Shown piece by piece: positions 20,028 to 22,337 of a stretch of DNA of 22,337 nt; positions within the stretch are counted from its first letter, which is position 1; each line of letters opens with the position of its first letter. The DNA comes from Vitrella brassicaformis CCMP3155 (lineage: Eukaryota > Protista > Chromerida): contig CDMY01000774.1 in NCBI GenBank assembly GCA_001179505.1, forward strand, positions 1 to 22,337. The letters run 5' to 3'. The notes below the pieces were generated by a model. That model was not told where the DNA came from. It ran no database searches and worked only from the letters and a program-made list of their open reading frames with translations. The position numbers and the translations under genes are program-made.

Positions 20028-21426
20028 ATGGCTGCTAAATCGCCTCACACTGTCCTACTGCCTTTTGACGGATACCCTAAGAAGCAACCACTGGCCAATC
20101 GCGATCGCTACATTAGTGTATATTTAGCTCGCGGCAGTTTTGTAAGGTGTCCCTCTCCGATCGCCTTCCGTTACGAGGGGGCCCCTACCCCCTCGTACCC
20201 GTTCGTCGACCCGCGTTCGCGGGGGTTCCATCCATCGACTAGAGAAAGTGATCCGTGAAAGCGCTTTCTTGGAAGCTCCAGGCTGAATGATTCGACCAGC
20301 TCTGAATGAGGCATTGGATGTGTACATCGATGCCGTCGGAGAGGGGAGCTTGCTGATAGAGGATGGGAGCATCAACGGTGTGGCGGTGTGTGTCCAGGGC
20401 ACAGGCACGTCTGCAGCAGCAACCGCAGCCAGCGCACCCACAACCAACGGCGTCACGTCATCGACCGTCGCCACGTCTGCGTACGCGGCGGGGTTCCAGG
20501 CATCAGCGAGCGATGCCCAGGTGTCTGATCTACGCCAGCGCCTGCAGGTAAGCTTAATAGTATTACGGTGCTCGCTGGTTTGCAGCTGACCTCTGTTTCT
20601 TGCCAGGTCTTCTACGCGGAGCACAACCCTGCCAAGATTGAAACACTCGGTACGTTTGAGAGTGTCTGGACGACTTCTCCAAACTGTGTTTGTGTGTTCT
20701 CCGATTCTTTGTGCATATGTGGACTCAGATGTCTTCAGTCGCTTCTGGGCGGGGAAGGAGGCCAAGCTCAATTCGTTGCTGAGGTGGGGCAGTCCAGGGC
20801 ACGATCATGCCTTCCCTTTCTGAGCCCCTTGATCACATGCCCGCAGGGAAAAGTATCAAGTTGATTTGGACGGCAAAGACCTCTTAAGTGTTCTGACAAA
20901 TTTCTACAGCGAGCATAACCCCACCAAGGCTACTGATGCGCCGCGGATCGCCAAGCAGTATCAATCGGACGAAAAGGCACTCAACAGGGCACTCAGGTAC
21001 GCACGCACACTTCACACATGTACAAGGTTGGACGCGAAGCCTCTCTTGGTGTTGCACATTCAGGAAGTCGTATGGTATGGAGATGAGACCAAGAGAGAAC
21101 ACGAAAGAACCAACCCCATCCTTACTGCAGGTGTCGACATTTTTGGCGAGACGCTGGAAGACCTCTTGGTCGCTTTCTACAAGGTATCACCCTACATGAT
21201 GCTGAGCCAGTCCGATATAATCCAATGTGTTCAGGAGACCAACCCTCAGAAGGTCACCGAGGCAGGCCGCGTGGCAGAGCTCTTCAAAGGCAAGGAAGAG
21301 GAGCTCAATGCTCAACTAAGGTGTGCTTTAGAGTTTAGGGGAACAGCACATTCACAAGCTTGGTCACATCTGGTGCGTCGTGTTCTGTGCAGGAATCAGT
21401 ACGGCAAAGAACTCAGTGATATCTGA
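20028..21426 (+). CDS. Hypothetical protein with three tandem ~40-aa helical modules (L..FY..[H/T]NP.K...........[K/D]E..LN..LR..Y); start uncertain (20028 or 20287)
   Basis: Phase-consistent exons give LRQRLQ|VFYAEHNPAKIETL|DVFSRFWAGKEAKLNSLLR|EKYQVDL; LLSVLTNFYSEHNPTKATDAPRIAKQYQSDEKALNRALR|KSY|GVDI; LLVAFYK|ETNPQKVTEAGRVAELFKGKEEELNAQLR|NQYGKELSDI* (TGA 21424-21426). An Ala/Thr/Ser-rich linker precedes the modules. Confidence 0.8.
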
Positions 21427-22337
21427 GGACCGTATTTTATCAGTCGCCCTCACATCTATCTACACATATCTACGCTCTACTATCTAGACCGTGGCTGCCC
21501 GTCTCTCACTACTCAGACCGCTTCGATAGGGGATGCACGTTAAGAGGACACAGCTTGCAAATCGCTAAGGACACCAGTGCTAACATGCTCAGCGAACTTC
21601 CGCCACTCGTTTACACGAGATTTATGAGATCTTATGAAATCCGTTCACATGTTCTTGGCAAGCAAACTTATAACTCCTACAGCTTGTCATGTGTGTTGTC
21701 CGCCCACCCCAACATTTGCCCATTTCGCTTGCTAGCGCTCGGTGCGAACGAACTTACGGAGTGCCAGGCAAACGGACTGTCGGACTTTTGTGCTATGTGA
21801 TCGAACTCATTTGAACGACGCATGAAGATGCCTTCACGTAGCACATGAATGCAGTCAGCACAGGGCTGATTGCTTAGACTTTTGGTTGGTTTATACGAGC
21901 AAGCGAGTGATTGGTTTATCTTCTCCTTGTTTTCTGCGGGGTTTCTCGCCGTGAATGACTCACCAGAGCCGTTTTCCCGCTCAAAACCACTCTGAAACGA
22001 CGAAAAACCATCCATTCACTCACTCATTCAATCCGCCTGCTGACGTGACTGCGAGGCCCTTCGCGTTTGCATGGAACAGGAGGCATCAACATGATGTCCA
22101 GTGGGTCCATGACGGCACAAAAGGCATGAACAGCAGGCATGACAGCAAGCAAATCACATAAATCGTGCCGCCCCGCCGCCTGCAGCAGTGAATGCATCAG
22201 TCGAAATGATCATCAAATCGCATCGCTCGCGCGATGGGTGGGTGTCGTCGGGTGTGAGGGGTCGGAGTCGGATGCGTGGGACACGGATCCAGAGCTGGCG
22301 TATCGGATGTACCAGCGGGGAGAAATATAGTAGTGGG

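Noticed and set aside
20221-20300. In-frame TGA (LEAPG*MIRPAL) as selenocysteine or readthrough
   Set aside because: The TGA lies in a branch-site-like CTGAA just before a plausible acceptor (GACCAG, 20294-20299), so it is probably intronic or 5' of the start. I found no convincing SECIS after 21426. RNA-seq would settle it.

Overview
Eukaryotic, intron-rich, GC-rich nuclear DNA with many 55-110 nt GT-AG introns and alveolate-type gene families. It is most likely from a chromerid such as Vitrella brassicaformis (inference from composition and gene content, not a database match). Five spliced genes can be reconstructed by hand with phase-consistent junctions: (1) a ~1,000-aa ankyrin/coiled-coil protein (-, start 5420); (2) a PARL/ROM6-like rhomboid protease (+, 5707-7708); (3) a ~1,100+ aa OPR/HPR-like helical protein ending in a divergent RAP domain (-, ~13.0-8.3 kb); (4) CCDC124/Lso2 (-, 14899-13842); (5) a small protein with three tandem 'FY..HNP.K' helical modules (+, ends 21426). 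Bases ~15.0-19.8 kb form a repeat-rich island. It holds a MITE with 25-bp TIRs and an exact 8-bp TSD (spanning a 300-N gap), a frameshifted CRE-like non-LTR retrotransposon relic, a second hAT-like MITE with six phased 21-bp quasi-palindromes, and a ~120-bp tandem duplication. I found no convincing new multi-gene system and no CRISPR array or tRNA/rRNA gene. The best leads are the two MITEs, the degenerate RAP domain, the repeat protein with repeat-conserved introns, and several perfect hairpins.
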